Shown here in pieces: positions 41,021 through 53,815 of a DNA stretch of 64,000 bases. The notes under the pieces were generated by a model. The model was not told where the DNA came from, ran no database searches, and saw nothing but the letters and a program-made list of their open reading frames with translations. Position 1 is the first letter of the stretch. Each line of letters opens with the position of its first letter. The stretch is from an uncultured Acidimicrobiia bacterium (GTDB lineage Bacteria; Actinomycetota; Acidimicrobiia; Acidimicrobiales; AC-14), in the NCBI GenBank assembly GCA_963836205.1, contig CAWIIV010000014.1, forward strand, positions 1 to 64,000, read 5' to 3'. The position numbers and the translations under genes were made by a program.

Positions 41021-42376
41021 CGGGGGCCGATCGACGTCCGGCGCCGGGGCCTGGGGATATTCGGCCAGGACGTTGGCCAGCTGGTCCTGGAGGCCCAGTC
41101 CGGCCGCCTCGCTGGGCAGCTCGTTGGCCAGCAGCGAGAAGCGCAGCGTCCCCCCGTCGGCCCCGGTGGCGAAGCCGGTGAGAGCAGCCACGCCCAGGAG
41201 CGACCCGGTCTTGGCCCGGACCTTGCCTGCCGCCGGCGTGCCCAGGAAGCGCTTGTACAGGGTGCCGTTGGTGCCGGCCACGGGGAGGGCCCGGTCGAGC
41301 TCGCTCCCCTCGCCGGCGGTGGCCAGGATCTGCTGGAGGAGCCGGCAGGTCAGGCGGTCGGATCGGTCGAGGCCGGACCCGTCCACCGTGGCCACGCCGT
41401 CGAGGGGCGCCCCGACGGCGGTCAGGTGGTCACGGATGACGGCCAGTCCGGCGGCGGTGGAGCCCGCCCCCCCGAAGCGGACGCCCAGCTCCTTGACCAG
41501 CATCTCCGCCCCCATGTTGTCGCTGTGCTGGAGGACGGCGCCGACCACCTCGTCGAGGGGGAGCGACTCGATCGTCGCCACCACGGGAGCGCTCTCGGGG
41601 GCCCGACCCACGCCCGTGCCCCCGACGGTGACCCCCCGTGCCCGCAGCAGGCCGGCGAGCACGTCGGCGGCCAGGTTGGCCGGCGACAGGGCGTAGGACG
41701 GGGCCGGCGGGAACGTGGCCAGGCCCTCGTTGACGGTAAGGGCGGAGATGGGACCGACGTCGAAGTTGGCGATGTACCGGGGCAGCCACGTCGGCACCAG
41801 CCGCAGGTCGTCATAACGGCTGTCGTCGCCCAGGATGCGGCCGCTGACGGTGCGGATGCCGGCGGCGACCACCCGGTCAGCCAGGTCCTCCATCGGCGTC
41901 GCCACCCGGGGCTGGCCGTCGTAGCCGCCATCGGCCGCGAAGTCCGCCGTCGCCAGGAGGGGGTCGCCGCCGCCGACCAGCCACAGATCGGCCACCGTGC
42001 CATTGGCGGGCGTGGTGGAGGCCCGCACCTCGGTCGTGAGGCGGGCGTCGCTGCCGATCTTGGCCAGCGCCACCGCTCCCGTCACCAGCTTGAGGGCCGA
42101 GGCCGGGATGAGGGGCTCGTCGGGCTGGCGGGCGTAGACGGTCCGCCCCGACCGATCCTCGACCGCCACGCACGTGTGGTCGGTGGCCTCGCCCAGCCCG
42201 CCGGCAGTGGTGATCCGGTCGAGGTCGCCGGTGAGACGGGCGTCGGCAACCGTCCGCGACACCACACCCGGAAGCCGCCGCAGGCTGAACACGGGCGTGA
42301 CCAGGGCCGCCGGTTGGGGGTCGGCGGAGGTGTCCGGCTGGGCGGCGGCGGGGGTGGCGAGCGAGGCCAGCACCAC
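41017..42376 (-). CDS. dacB: D-alanyl-D-alanine carboxypeptidase/endopeptidase (S13)
   Basis: PASALK (SxxK), GGGDP, SDN, DGSGL, AKTG. Confidence 0.9.
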
Positions 42377-42515
42377 TGCCAGGAGAACGGCGCGGGCCCG
42401 ATGTGCGGTCAGATCCGGGCTCCCCGGTCGTGAAACGGATCGGGGAAGGGGGGCTCAGGCATCGGTGGCCAATCTATTGCCGACCGCCGAGCCCGCCCCG
42501 GCGGCCCCGTCACGT

Positions 42516-42601
42516 CGCAGCTGCCGTCCAACTGGTGACGCTTTCGGGCGCCCTGGCGACCGAAAGCGCCACCGGTTCGCAGCTGCCGTCCAACTGGTGA
42601 C
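42516..42601. repeat. 48-bp REP-like palindrome copy 2 (42530-42577) with a 24-bp direct repeat
   Basis: AACTGGTGACG-CTTTCGGGCGCCCTGGCGACCGAAAG-CGCCACCGGTT; CGCAGCTGCCGTCCAACTGGTGAC at 42516 and 42578. Confidence 0.8.
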
Positions 42602-42672
42602 ACTTCCGGGTCCCGGGTGCGGCAGGTCGTCCGGGAGCAGAAGCCTCCAGCCCGGCCAGGCTGGGCGGGCGC

Positions 42673-43128
42673 TCAGCAGCAGCGCGCGGCGGACTGGGGA
42701 GCCGACCCGCAGCACATGGCGTCGCCGGGGACGACGGTGCGCAGGCCGCCGCCCTCGGGTGTCTCCACGTCGGCCAGGACGGTGTAGATCTCCCACGGCT
42801 CGCCGTCGGGAGCGTCGACCCAGACCTTGTCCTGCAGGGCGAAGCAGCACGACACCTGATCCTCGGTGGCGACGGTCAGGCCCTCGGCCCGGAAGCGGGC
42901 GGCGGCGGCGGCGACCTCGTCGGTGCCCTCCACCTCCACGCCCAGGTGGTTGAGCGTGCCCGGCAGGCCGCTGCCTTCGATGAGGACCAGCTTGAGGGGC
43001 GGCTCGGCCACGGCGAAGTTGGCGTATCCGGGACGCCGCTTGGCCGGCTCCGTCGAGAAGAGCTTGGAGTAGAACGCCACCGCCGCGTCGAGGTCGGACA
43101 CGTTCAGGGCGAGCTGCACTCGGGACAT
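42673..43128 (-). CDS. ArsI/CadI family VOC metalloenzyme
   Basis: MSRVQLALNV, PGYANFAVAEPPLKLVLIE, NHLGVEV, CCFALQDKVWV. Confidence 0.92.
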   Translation of the reverse strand: MSRVQLALNVSDLDAAVAFYSKLFSTEPAKRRPGYANFAVAEPPLKLVLIEGSGLPGTLNHLGVEVEGTDEVAAAAARFRAEGLTVATEDQVSCCFALQDKVWVDAPDGEPWEIYTVLADVETPEGGGLRTVVPGDAMCCGSAPQSAARCC

Positions 43129-43142
43129 CACTACCTCCGGAC

Positions 43143-43196
43143 ACATTCGTCGTTGTCGATTGATGCGATCTTGGCAAATGTATCGACGAATGTCAA
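43143..43196 (-). promoter_or_regulatory. Promoter and inverted-repeat operator of the cadI-like gene
   Basis: TTGACA-17-CAAGAT on the minus strand; ACATTCGTCG (43143) / CGACGAATGT (43184) inverted repeat. Confidence 0.6.
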
Positions 43197-43227
43197 TGCA
43201 TGACGAAGCTGCGGTACCCTACGGCGG

Positions 43228-43785
43228 CTACGCGCCGCGCCGGTGACGGCCGAGCCGAGACGGGACGATAGTGACCGCGAACGGATAGGTCGCCTGGAAA
43301 GCCTCGTCGCCGGTCACCTTCGCCTCCTCCTGGTAGCGGCCGGCAACCAGGCGCAGGACGGTGAGGCTGGGCTCGTCCGGGTCGACCAGCCAGTAGGCGG
43401 GCACGCCGGCCGCCTCGTACGCCAGCCGCTTGGTGCCGAGGTCGAGCAGGCGCGTGCTCGGCGATCCGACCTCGACGAGGAGCAACGGGGGGCAGTCGAG
43501 CCGGGCCTCACCCACGTCGGCATCGAGGGCGACCACGATGTCGGGCTGGAACGACGTGACCTCGCTGACGTAGAAGTCGAACGGTGCGGGAACGACGAGA
43601 TGCTCCTCCCCCGCCGCCGCATCGAGGGCGATCACCAGGTTCTTGACGAAGACCTGATGGTCGGCAGTGGGGGCCGGCGTCACCAGGAGCACCCCCTCCA
43701 CCAGCTCGTAGCGGCGGCCGTCGGGGGGGAAGCGCTGCAACTCGGCGTAGGTGGTGGGTGCCGACCAGGCCGGTGCGAGAGCCAT
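43228..43785 (-). CDS. Uma2 family endonuclease, copy 1
   Basis: YELVEGVLLVTPAP, QPDIVV, LLVEVGSPST, GVPAYWLVDP. Confidence 0.92.
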   Translation of the reverse strand: MALAPAWSAPTTYAELQRFPPDGRRYELVEGVLLVTPAPTADHQVFVKNLVIALDAAAGEEHLVVPAPFDFYVSEVTSFQPDIVVALDADVGEARLDCPPLLLVEVGSPSTRLLDLGTKRLAYEAAGVPAYWLVDPDEPSLTVLRLVAGRYQEEAKVTGDEAFQATYPFAVTIVPSRLGRHRRGA

Positions 43786-43823
43786 CGAAAGACAGTGTAA
43801 CGATGTCATGGCAGGATGGTGCG

Positions 43824-44168
43824 GTGGTCACCGAGGAGGACGTCCGGCGGGTCGCGCTGTCGCTGCCGGCCACCACCGAGAAGCCGTCCTACGGCACCCC
43901 GGGGTTCCGGGTGAAGGACCGGCTGTTCGCCCGCATCCGGGACGAGGGTGACCTGCTGGTCGTCTGGGTGGCCGACCTGGAGGAGAAGGGGGCGATGTTG
44001 GCCGCCGAACCGGGAAAGTTCACCACCACGCCCCACTACGACGGTCATCCGATGGTGCTGGTGCGGATGGGCGCGGTCGAGGTCGACGAGCTGCGCGAGC
44101 TCCTCACCGACGCCTGGCGGGTGCGGGCTCCGAAACGCCTGGTGGCCGAGCTCGACGGCGCGAAGTAG
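43824..44168 (+). CDS. MmcQ/YjbR family DNA-binding protein
   Basis: YGTPGFRVKDRLFAR, TPHYDGHP, ELLTDAWR. Confidence 0.88.
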   Translation: MVTEEDVRRVALSLPATTEKPSYGTPGFRVKDRLFARIRDEGDLLVVWVADLEEKGAMLAAEPGKFTTTPHYDGHPMVLVRMGAVEVDELRELLTDAWRVRAPKRLVAELDGAK

Positions 44169-44726
44169 TCAGGACGACGGGGTGCGGCGAGGGCGGCCGA
44201 GCTTCGACGGGACGATCGTGACCGGGAAGGGGTAGGTGGCGGCGAAGGGCTCGCCGCCCACCACCTTGGCCGCCTCGACGTACCGTCCGTCGACCAGGCG
44301 CAGGACGGTGAGGCTGGGCTCGTCGGGGTCGACCAGCCAGTACTCGGGCACACCCGCGGCCTCGTAGGCCAGGCGCTTGGTGCCGAGGTCGATGAGGCGG
44401 GTGCTTCGGGACCCGACCTCGACCAGGAGGAGTGGCGTGGCTTCGAGACGGTCGTCGCCGACGTAGGCATCGAGGGCCACGACGATGTCGGGCTCGAAGT
44501 ACGTGATCTCGCTCACGACGAAGTCGAACGGCGCCGGCACGACGAAGTGCTCCTCGTTCGACGCCGCCTTCAGGGCGAACATGAGGTTTGCCACGACGCT
44601 CTGATGTTCCGCGTTGGGGGCGGGCGTCACCAGGAGCACCCCCTCGACCAACTCGTACCGGTTGCCGTCGTCGGGGAAGCGCTGCACTTCCTCGTAGGTG
44701 AGAGGAGGTCGCTGCGTGAGAGCCAT
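44169..44726 (-). CDS. Uma2 family endonuclease, copy 2
   Basis: Same motifs and same 558-bp length as copy 1. Confidence 0.92.
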   Translation of the reverse strand: MALTQRPPLTYEEVQRFPDDGNRYELVEGVLLVTPAPNAEHQSVVANLMFALKAASNEEHFVVPAPFDFVVSEITYFEPDIVVALDAYVGDDRLEATPLLLVEVGSRSTRLIDLGTKRLAYEAAGVPEYWLVDPDEPSLTVLRLVDGRYVEAAKVVGGEPFAATYPFPVTIVPSKLGRPRRTPSS

Positions 44727-44939
44727 CGAAAGACAGTGTAACGCAGCTAGAGCTGGACTGCTACGAGGGCGGTGAGGTGGAGGCCGACGGCGAATGGACA
44801 GCGCCGATGCGGGCGAGAGGAGGCGGGCGCCGGCCACGAGGACACGGTTGTCACGCAGGCCCGTCGGCCGGCGGTCGACCGCGCTGCAGGCGCGGAGCAG
44901 GACAAGGCCAGTGGCGGCGGCGGTCGTACACTTGGGACG

Positions 44940-47900
44940 GTGCAGTTCCGAGTGCTCGGACCCCTCGAGGTGGAGCACGACGGGCGCGCCGTCGACCTCG
45001 GCCGGCCCAAGCAGCGAGCGCTGCTGGCGATGCTCCTGGTCGACGCCAACCACCTGGTGCCGTCCGACCGGCTGGTCGAGGACCTGTGGCCGAGCGACCT
45101 GCCGGCCGACCCCGCGGCCGCCCTCCAGGTGCAGGTGTCGCGCCTGCGGCAGGTGCTGGCCGGCTGCGGATACGACCCCCAGGCCGTCCTCGAGAGCCGC
45201 AAGCCGGGCTACGTGCTGCACGTCGGCGACGACGACCTCGACGCCACCCGGTTCGAACGGCTGGTCGGCCAGGGGCGGCAGGCGATCGCCGCCGGCTCGG
45301 TGGCCGAGGGCGCACGCCTGCTGGGCGAGGCCATCCGGCTGTGGCGGGGCGACCGGGTGCTCGCCGACTTCGCCGGCGAGCCCTTCGCCCGGGAGGAGGC
45401 CACCCGCCTGGAGGAGCTGCGGGTGGCGGCGGCCGAGGACTGGGTGCAGGCCGAGTTGGCCCTCGGCAACCATGCCTCCGTCGTGGGCCAGGCGCGGCGG
45501 CTGGCCGACGCCAACCCGCTCCGGGAGGGGCTGTGGGCGCAGCTGATGCTCGCGCTGTACCGGTCCGACCGCCAGGCAGAGGCGTTGCGGGCCTTCGCCG
45601 GGCTGCGCACGAACCTGGCCGAGGAGTTGGGCATCGACCCGTCCCCCGCCCTCCAACGGCTGGAGGAGATGGTGCTCCTGCAGAAGCCGGAGCTCGACTG
45701 GCGGCCGCCGAGGGAAGCGCGAGGAGAGGACCTCCGCCCGTCGCCCCGACCGCCGTCTGCGCTCGCCGTCGACGACGACGGCTACCCCTTCGTCGGGCGC
45801 CAGGCCGAGCTCGACCGGGTGGGGGCGGCGTGGCAGGCCGCGCTGGTGGCGGGGCCAGGGCTGGTCCTGCTGGGCGGGGAGCCGGGCATCGGGAAGACCC
45901 GTCTGGCCATGGAGCACGCCCGCATCGCCCACCGGGAGGGAGCCGACGTCCTGGTGGGACGCTGCGACGAAGACCTTGCGGTCCCCTACCAACCCTTCGC
46001 CGAAGCGCTGTCCCGCGCCATCCGCCAGGTTCCGCCCGACGAGTTGCCGTCGCTGTTGGGAGGACAGGGCGGCGAGCTCGTCCGCCTCGTCCCCGACCTG
46101 GCCGACCTGGTGCCCGATCTGCCCCGGCCGGTGTCGTCCGACCCCGAGACCGACCGCTTCCGCCTGTTCGACGCCGTGGCCGGGGCCCTCGCCAGGCTCT
46201 CCCGGCGGGCCCCCCTTGTCCTCGTCCTCGACGATCTCCACTGGGCCACCGCGCCGACCCTCCTCCTCCTGCGCCACGTGGTCACCCGGTCGGAGCCCAT
46301 GGCCGTGCTCGCCATCGGCACCTACCGCCACACCGAGGTCGACGACCATCATCCGCTGGCCGAGGTGCTGGGCGAGCCCGGACGCCTACCCCACGTGACC
46401 CGGATCGTGCTCGGCGGCCTCGACGAGGACGCGGTCCACGGCTTCGTGCGGGCAGTCACCGGCCGGGACGAGAGCGCGCCCCTCGCCCGGTCGATACACA
46501 CGGGGACCGCCGGGAACCCGCTGTTCATGCGGGAGATGGTGCGCCACGTGGAGGAGTCGGGCGAGGCCACCGCCCCAACGGAGAGTTTGGACGTCCCCGA
46601 GGGGGTACGCGATGTCGTCCGCCGACGGGTGCACCGGCTGTCGGGCACCACCAACCGCCTGCTGCTGGTGGCGTCGGTGATCGGGTCCGAGTACGACCTC
46701 GCCGTCCTCCAGGGCGCGGCGGGCTTCGACGAGGAGGTCGTGCTGGCGGGCGTGGAGGAGGCGGTGGAGGCCGGGCTGGTGGTCGACATCGCCGGCCCCG
46801 GCCCCGGCCTCCGGCAGCGCTTCACCCACGCCCTGGTGCGGGCCGCCCTCTACGACGGGCTCACCGCCGCCCGGCGGGGCCAGCTCCACCGCCGGGTGGC
46901 GGAGGCGGTGGAGGGGCTCCACCCGGGACGGACCCACGAGCACCTGGCCGAGCTGGCCCACCACTTCTCACGGGCGGCGGCGATGGGCGGCGCCCCCAGG
47001 GCGGTCGCCTACTCGGCCCTGGCCGGGCAGAAGGCGCTGGGCCAGCTGGCCCACGACGACGCCGCCGCCTACTTCCGGCAGGCCCTCGACCTCCTCGACG
47101 CGGTGGAGGTCGATGACCCCGTCGGCCGCCTCCGCCAGCGGTGCGACCTCCTGCTCGCCCTGGGCGAAGCCCAGCGCCGCTGCGGCGCCCCCGCCCACCG
47201 GGCCACCCTGCTGGAGGCGGCGGCCCTGGCCCGCGACCTGGGCGACGCCGAACGGCTGGCCACCGCCGCTCTCGCCAACACCCGCAGCTTCTGGAGCGCG
47301 ACCCGTCAGGTGGACGGGGAGCGAGTCGCCGCCTTCCGGGACGCGCTGGCCGCCCTCGACCCCGGTGACAGCCCGCTGCGCGCCCGCCTCCTGGCCCGGC
47401 TGGCGGTGGAGCTGGTGTACTCGGGCGACGCCCCCGCCGTCCGCGACCTGAGCGACCAGGCCCTGGCCATGGCCCGCCGCCTGGGCGACGGTCCTACCCT
47501 GGCCCAGGTCCTCGTCCCCCGCTACAACACCATCCGGGGTGATCCCGGCACCCTCCCCGAGCGGCTGGCCGACACCGCCGAGCTCCTGGCCCTGGCCGAC
47601 CGGCTGGGTGACCCCGTCCTCCACTGCGAGGCCCACGGTTGGCGGGCGGTGGCGACCATGGAGGCGGCCGACGCCGAGGAGGCGGCGGCCTGCCTCGACG
47701 CCTTCGACCAAACCGCAGCGGCCGTCCACCAACCGACCATGCTCTGGTACGCGGCCTACATGCGGGCCAGCCGGGCGATCCTCGACGGGCGCTTCGACGA
47801 CGCCGAGCGGCTGGCCACCGAGGCCTTCCACCTGGGCCAGGCCGCGGGCCAGCCCGACGCCGACCTGTTCCTGTCGGTGCAACGGCTCCAGATCGCCTTC

Positions 47901-48536
47901 GAGCGGGGCTTGCTCGGGCGGTGGGAGCGGCCGCTGCGCATCGCCCTCACCCGCGATCCCGACTCGTGGTGGTTCCTGCGGTCGTGGCAGGCCCGGTGCG
48001 CGGTGGCGAGGGGCGACGACGCCAAGGCCCAGGCGTTCCTCGACGAGCTGGCCGCCAACCAGTTCGCCGACCTCGCCTTCGAGCCGACCTGGCTGCATAT
48101 CGTCGCCAACTGCGCGGCGGTGGCGGCCCACCTGGCCGACACCGGGCGGGCCGCCCGCCTGGCCGAGCTCATGGCCCCCTACGCCGGGCAGCTGGTGACC
48201 CTCTCGTCACTCGCCTACTGCGGGTCGGTCGACCACTACCTCGGACTGCTGGCCGCCGCCCTCGGCCGCCACCAGGACGCCGACGGGCATTTCGCGTCGG
48301 CCGCCGTCATCCACCAGCAGGTGGGGGCGCCGGCGTGGCTGGCCCGCACCCGCCTGGCGTGGGCCCGCTCGCTGATCGCCGACGGTCGCCCCGCGGGAGC
48401 GCCCCGCCTGCTGGAGGAGGCGGGGGCCACCGCCGACGCTCTCGGACTGGGGTCGGTGGCCCGGGCCGTCGCCGCCGCCCAGGCGGCCCTGGGTTCGTCC
48501 GCCTCCGGACCGGGACGGATGCTGGCCGACCGGTAA
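44940..48536 (+). CDS. SARP (wHTH-BTAD)-AAA-TPR transcriptional regulator
   Basis: FRVLGPLEV, VQVSRLR, PLREGLWAQLMLALYR, GEPGIGKT, LDDLHWA, GNPLF; TACACT-7 nt-GTG. Confidence 0.9.
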   Translation: MQFRVLGPLEVEHDGRAVDLGRPKQRALLAMLLVDANHLVPSDRLVEDLWPSDLPADPAAALQVQVSRLRQVLAGCGYDPQAVLESRKPGYVLHVGDDDLDATRFERLVGQGRQAIAAGSVAEGARLLGEAIRLWRGDRVLADFAGEPFAREEATRLEELRVAAAEDWVQAELALGNHASVVGQARRLADANPLREGLWAQLMLALYRSDRQAEALRAFAGLRTNLAEELGIDPSPALQRLEEMVLLQKPELDWRPPREARGEDLRPSPRPPSALAVDDDGYPFVGRQAELDRVGAAWQAALVAGPGLVLLGGEPGIGKTRLAMEHARIAHREGADVLVGRCDEDLAVPYQPFAEALSRAIRQVPPDELPSLLGGQGGELVRLVPDLADLVPDLPRPVSSDPETDRFRLFDAVAGALARLSRRAPLVLVLDDLHWATAPTLLLLRHVVTRSEPMAVLAIGTYRHTEVDDHHPLAEVLGEPGRLPHVTRIVLGGLDEDAVHGFVRAVTGRDESAPLARSIHTGTAGNPLFMREMVRHVEESGEATAPTESLDVPEGVRDVVRRRVHRLSGTTNRLLLVASVIGSEYDLAVLQGAAGFDEEVVLAGVEEAVEAGLVVDIAGPGPGLRQRFTHALVRAALYDGLTAARRGQLHRRVAEAVEGLHPGRTHEHLAELAHHFSRAAAMGGAPRAVAYSALAGQKALGQLAHDDAAAYFRQALDLLDAVEVDDPVGRLRQRCDLLLALGEAQRRCGAPAHRATLLEAAALARDLGDAERLATAALANTRSFWSATRQVDGERVAAFRDALAALDPGDSPLRARLLARLAVELVYSGDAPAVRDLSDQALAMARRLGDGPTLAQVLVPRYNTIRGDPGTLPERLADTAELLALADRLGDPVLHCEAHGWRAVATMEAADAEEAAACLDAFDQTAAAVHQPTMLWYAAYMRASRAILDGRFDDAERLATEAFHLGQAAGQPDADLFLSVQRLQIAFERGLLGRWERPLRIALTRDPDSWWFLRSWQARCAVARGDDAKAQAFLDELAANQFADLAFEPTWLHIVANCAAVAAHLADTGRAARLAELMAPYAGQLVTLSSLAYCGSVDHYLGLLAAALGRHQDADGHFASAAVIHQQVGAPAWLARTRLAWARSLIADGRPAGAPRLLEEAGATADALGLGSVARAVAAAQAALGSSASGPGRMLADR

Positions 48537-48597
48537 CGGCGACCCGCATCCGAGGCCTGGTGGCGTTGGCGCAGGCGGTCGATCGACGGGTCTTGCG

Positions 48598-48645
48598 AAC
48601 TGGTGACGGAAATGGTTGCTGGACGACCCATTTTCGTCACCGGTT
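48598..48645. repeat. 48-bp REP-like palindrome, copy 3
   Basis: AACTGGTGACG-GAAATGGTTGCTGGACGACCCATTTT-CGTCACCGGTT. Confidence 0.8.
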
Positions 48646-48669
48646 CCGGTTGCCGCGGTCGGTCCGAGT

Positions 48670-49812
48670 TCAGCCTTCGGTTCCGGGCCCGGGTGGATCG
48701 GCCACGCCCAGTCCTCCGAGGGGAGCGGTCCCGGCCGCCGCCTCCTCCTCCGGCGCCGGCCGGGTTTCGCGGCCCGCCCCGTTGGCCGAGCGGAAGTGAC
48801 TGCCGACGCCGACCGCGATGGCGACGAGGGGGACGGCGATGAACGCCCCCAGCAGCCCGCCCACCAACAGCCCCGCCGACACTGCCCACACCGTGACCAG
48901 GGCGTGGAGGCGGACGGCCCGCTCCAGGATGAGGGGCTGGAGGAGGTTGCCCTCGATCTGCTGCACGGCCACCGTCGCCGCCACCACCAGCAGGGCGGTG
49001 CCCAGGCCGTTGGTGACGAGGGCCACCACCGCCGCCAGCAGGCCGGCCACGCTTGCCCCCACCAGGGGGATGAAGCCGCCGAGGAAGGTGAGCACGGCCA
49101 GGGGCAGGATCAGCGGCACCCCCAGCACCCACAGGGCGACGCCGATCAGCACCGCGTCGATGAACCCGGTGGCGGCGGTGGCCACCAGGTACTGCTTCAT
49201 GATGAAGCGGGAGTGGCGGGTGATGGCCACCAGGTCGTCCCGGTTCCGGAGTGGTACACGCAGGAGGAGCCAGTCGGCCATCTTGGCCCCGTCCTTCATC
49301 ACGAAGAAGAGGGTGAACAGCAGCAGGACGATGCCGCCCAGGACCTCGCCCGCCAGCCGGGCCTGGCCCGCGGCCTGCTCCGCCACCCCGCCCGACGCCT
49401 GGCGTACGGTCTCCCGCACCTCGGATTCCAGCTCGTCGACCTTCTCCTGCGACCAGTTGAGGGGCTCGCCCTGGGCCCACTCCTTGGCGTCGTCGACTGC
49501 CCTGTCGATCTGGATCCCGAGGTCGTCGAACTGCGACGCCACACTGGCGCCGATCCACACCAGCGCGGCCAGGATCACAGCCAGGGCGCCGACGAAGACG
49601 GTGACGGCGGCCAACGAGGCCGGCCAGCGCCGCCGCCGCAGCCGGGCGGCCAGGGGCTCCAACACCGCGGCCAGGAACAGGGCCAGCACCACCGGCACGA
49701 CCACCACGTACAGCTTGATGAGGACGAGGACGGCCACCGCGACCGCGGCCACGACCACGAGGATCCGCCAACTCCACGCGGCGGCACCGTCGAGGACACG
49801 GGGCACCTTCAC
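48670..49812 (-). CDS. AI-2E family transporter
   Basis: Multiple TM helices; FIPLVGA, QQIEGNLLQP, GAFIAVP. Confidence 0.9.
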   Translation of the reverse strand: MKVPRVLDGAAAWSWRILVVVAAVAVAVLVLIKLYVVVVPVVLALFLAAVLEPLAARLRRRRWPASLAAVTVFVGALAVILAALVWIGASVASQFDDLGIQIDRAVDDAKEWAQGEPLNWSQEKVDELESEVRETVRQASGGVAEQAAGQARLAGEVLGGIVLLLFTLFFVMKDGAKMADWLLLRVPLRNRDDLVAITRHSRFIMKQYLVATAATGFIDAVLIGVALWVLGVPLILPLAVLTFLGGFIPLVGASVAGLLAAVVALVTNGLGTALLVVAATVAVQQIEGNLLQPLILERAVRLHALVTVWAVSAGLLVGGLLGAFIAVPLVAIAVGVGSHFRSANGAGRETRPAPEEEAAAGTAPLGGLGVADPPGPGTEG

Positions 49813-49872
49813 CCGCCCGCGCTGCGCGTCTAGCTCCACTGGGCGTCGACCTCCACCGGGGCCAACACTACG

Positions 49873-50349
49873 GTGGACACCGTGCCCGGGACCACGGCCG
49901 GCTATTCCGGGACCCCGCTCCCCCGCAAGCTCGGCGTCAAGGAGGGCTTCCGGGTGGCCCTGGTGGGCGCCCCCGACGGGTTCGGTCCCGAGCTCGACCC
50001 GCTGCCCGACGGCGTCCACCTGGTCCGCCGGCTGGCAGGCAAAGGCGGAGACGGGGCCGGTGGCGGAGGTGGCGCCGGCGTCGACCTGGCCCTCCTGTTC
50101 GTCACCACCCGGGGCGACCTGGCCACCCGGTTCCCCCAGGTGGCGGCCCATCTCCCACCCGCCGGTGCCCTGTGGGTGGCGTGGCCCAAGAAGTCGGCAG
50201 GCATGGCCACCGACCTCACCGAGAACGTCCTGCGCGAGGTCTGCCTGCCGCTCGGGTGGGTCGACACCAAGGTGTGCGCCGTCACCGACGTGTGGTCGGG
50301 GCTGAAGTTCGTCCTGCGCAAGGAGAACCGCCCGCAGCCCGACCGGTAA
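49873..50349 (+). CDS. DUF3052 family protein
   Basis: AGYSGTPLPRKLG, LWVAWPKK, VDTKVCAV..WSGLKFV. Confidence 0.85.
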   Translation: MDTVPGTTAGYSGTPLPRKLGVKEGFRVALVGAPDGFGPELDPLPDGVHLVRRLAGKGGDGAGGGGGAGVDLALLFVTTRGDLATRFPQVAAHLPPAGALWVAWPKKSAGMATDLTENVLREVCLPLGWVDTKVCAVTDVWSGLKFVLRKENRPQPDR

Positions 50350-50388
50350 CCTCCGGCCACGGACGACATCACCCAACAGATCCGGGTC

Positions 50389-50759
50389 GTGCTCGTCGAC
50401 GACCACGATCTCGTGCTCCGAGCCCTGGCCGCCGCGCTCCAGGCCGAGCCCGGGATAAACGTCGTCGGCACGGCCATGACCATCGAGGAGGCCCTGCGGG
50501 CGACGTTGGACACGATCCCCGACGTGGTGGTCATCGACTACTGGCTCCCCGACGGCGACGGGGCGAGCGGCACCCGCCAGCTGCGCCAGGCGCTCCCCGG
50601 GTTGCGGGTGGTCATGCTCACCGGGCGTGACGACGCCGCGGCCCGGGCCGAGGCCTTCGAGGCCGGCTGCTCCGGTTTCGTGGCCAAGGGGGCCCGGCTC
50701 GACGAGCTGGCCCGCGCCGTCCGCGAGGCCGCCGCCGCACCCGAGCCCCGGGGTGGGAT

Positions 50760-50763
<4 letters not shown>
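50389..50763 (+). CDS. Stand-alone response regulator receiver domain
   Basis: LVDDH, PDVVVIDYWLPDGDG, MLTG, FVAK; start uncertain. Confidence 0.85.
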
Positions 50764-53631
<2,868 letters not shown>

Positions 53632-53815
53632 CACCGGCGACCACCCGCCGTCCCGCCCGCCGGGGCCCAGCACGCCATCCTCGTCTCCTCGGTCTCGGCC
53701 ACTCGTGTGCGCGCCGCAGCAGCACCTTGCCCTAGCTATTGTCGGACGCTGTTGGCCGCCAAAATAGGGTCTTTCGGCCCTACTGGCGGGCACCGGCATC
53801 GGCGACCCTTCCCGG

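Noticed and set aside
40403-42376. 657-aa DacB-LON domain fusion in the ORF track
   Set aside because: A secreted PBP fused to a cytoplasmic domain is implausible; an ATGA overlap at 41017-41020 suggests two genes merged by an indel near a G/C run
42516-42601. 24-bp direct repeats with a 38-bp spacer resembling a mini-CRISPR
   Set aside because: Only two units, the spacer is the rest of the REP-like hairpin, and there are no cas genes in the window
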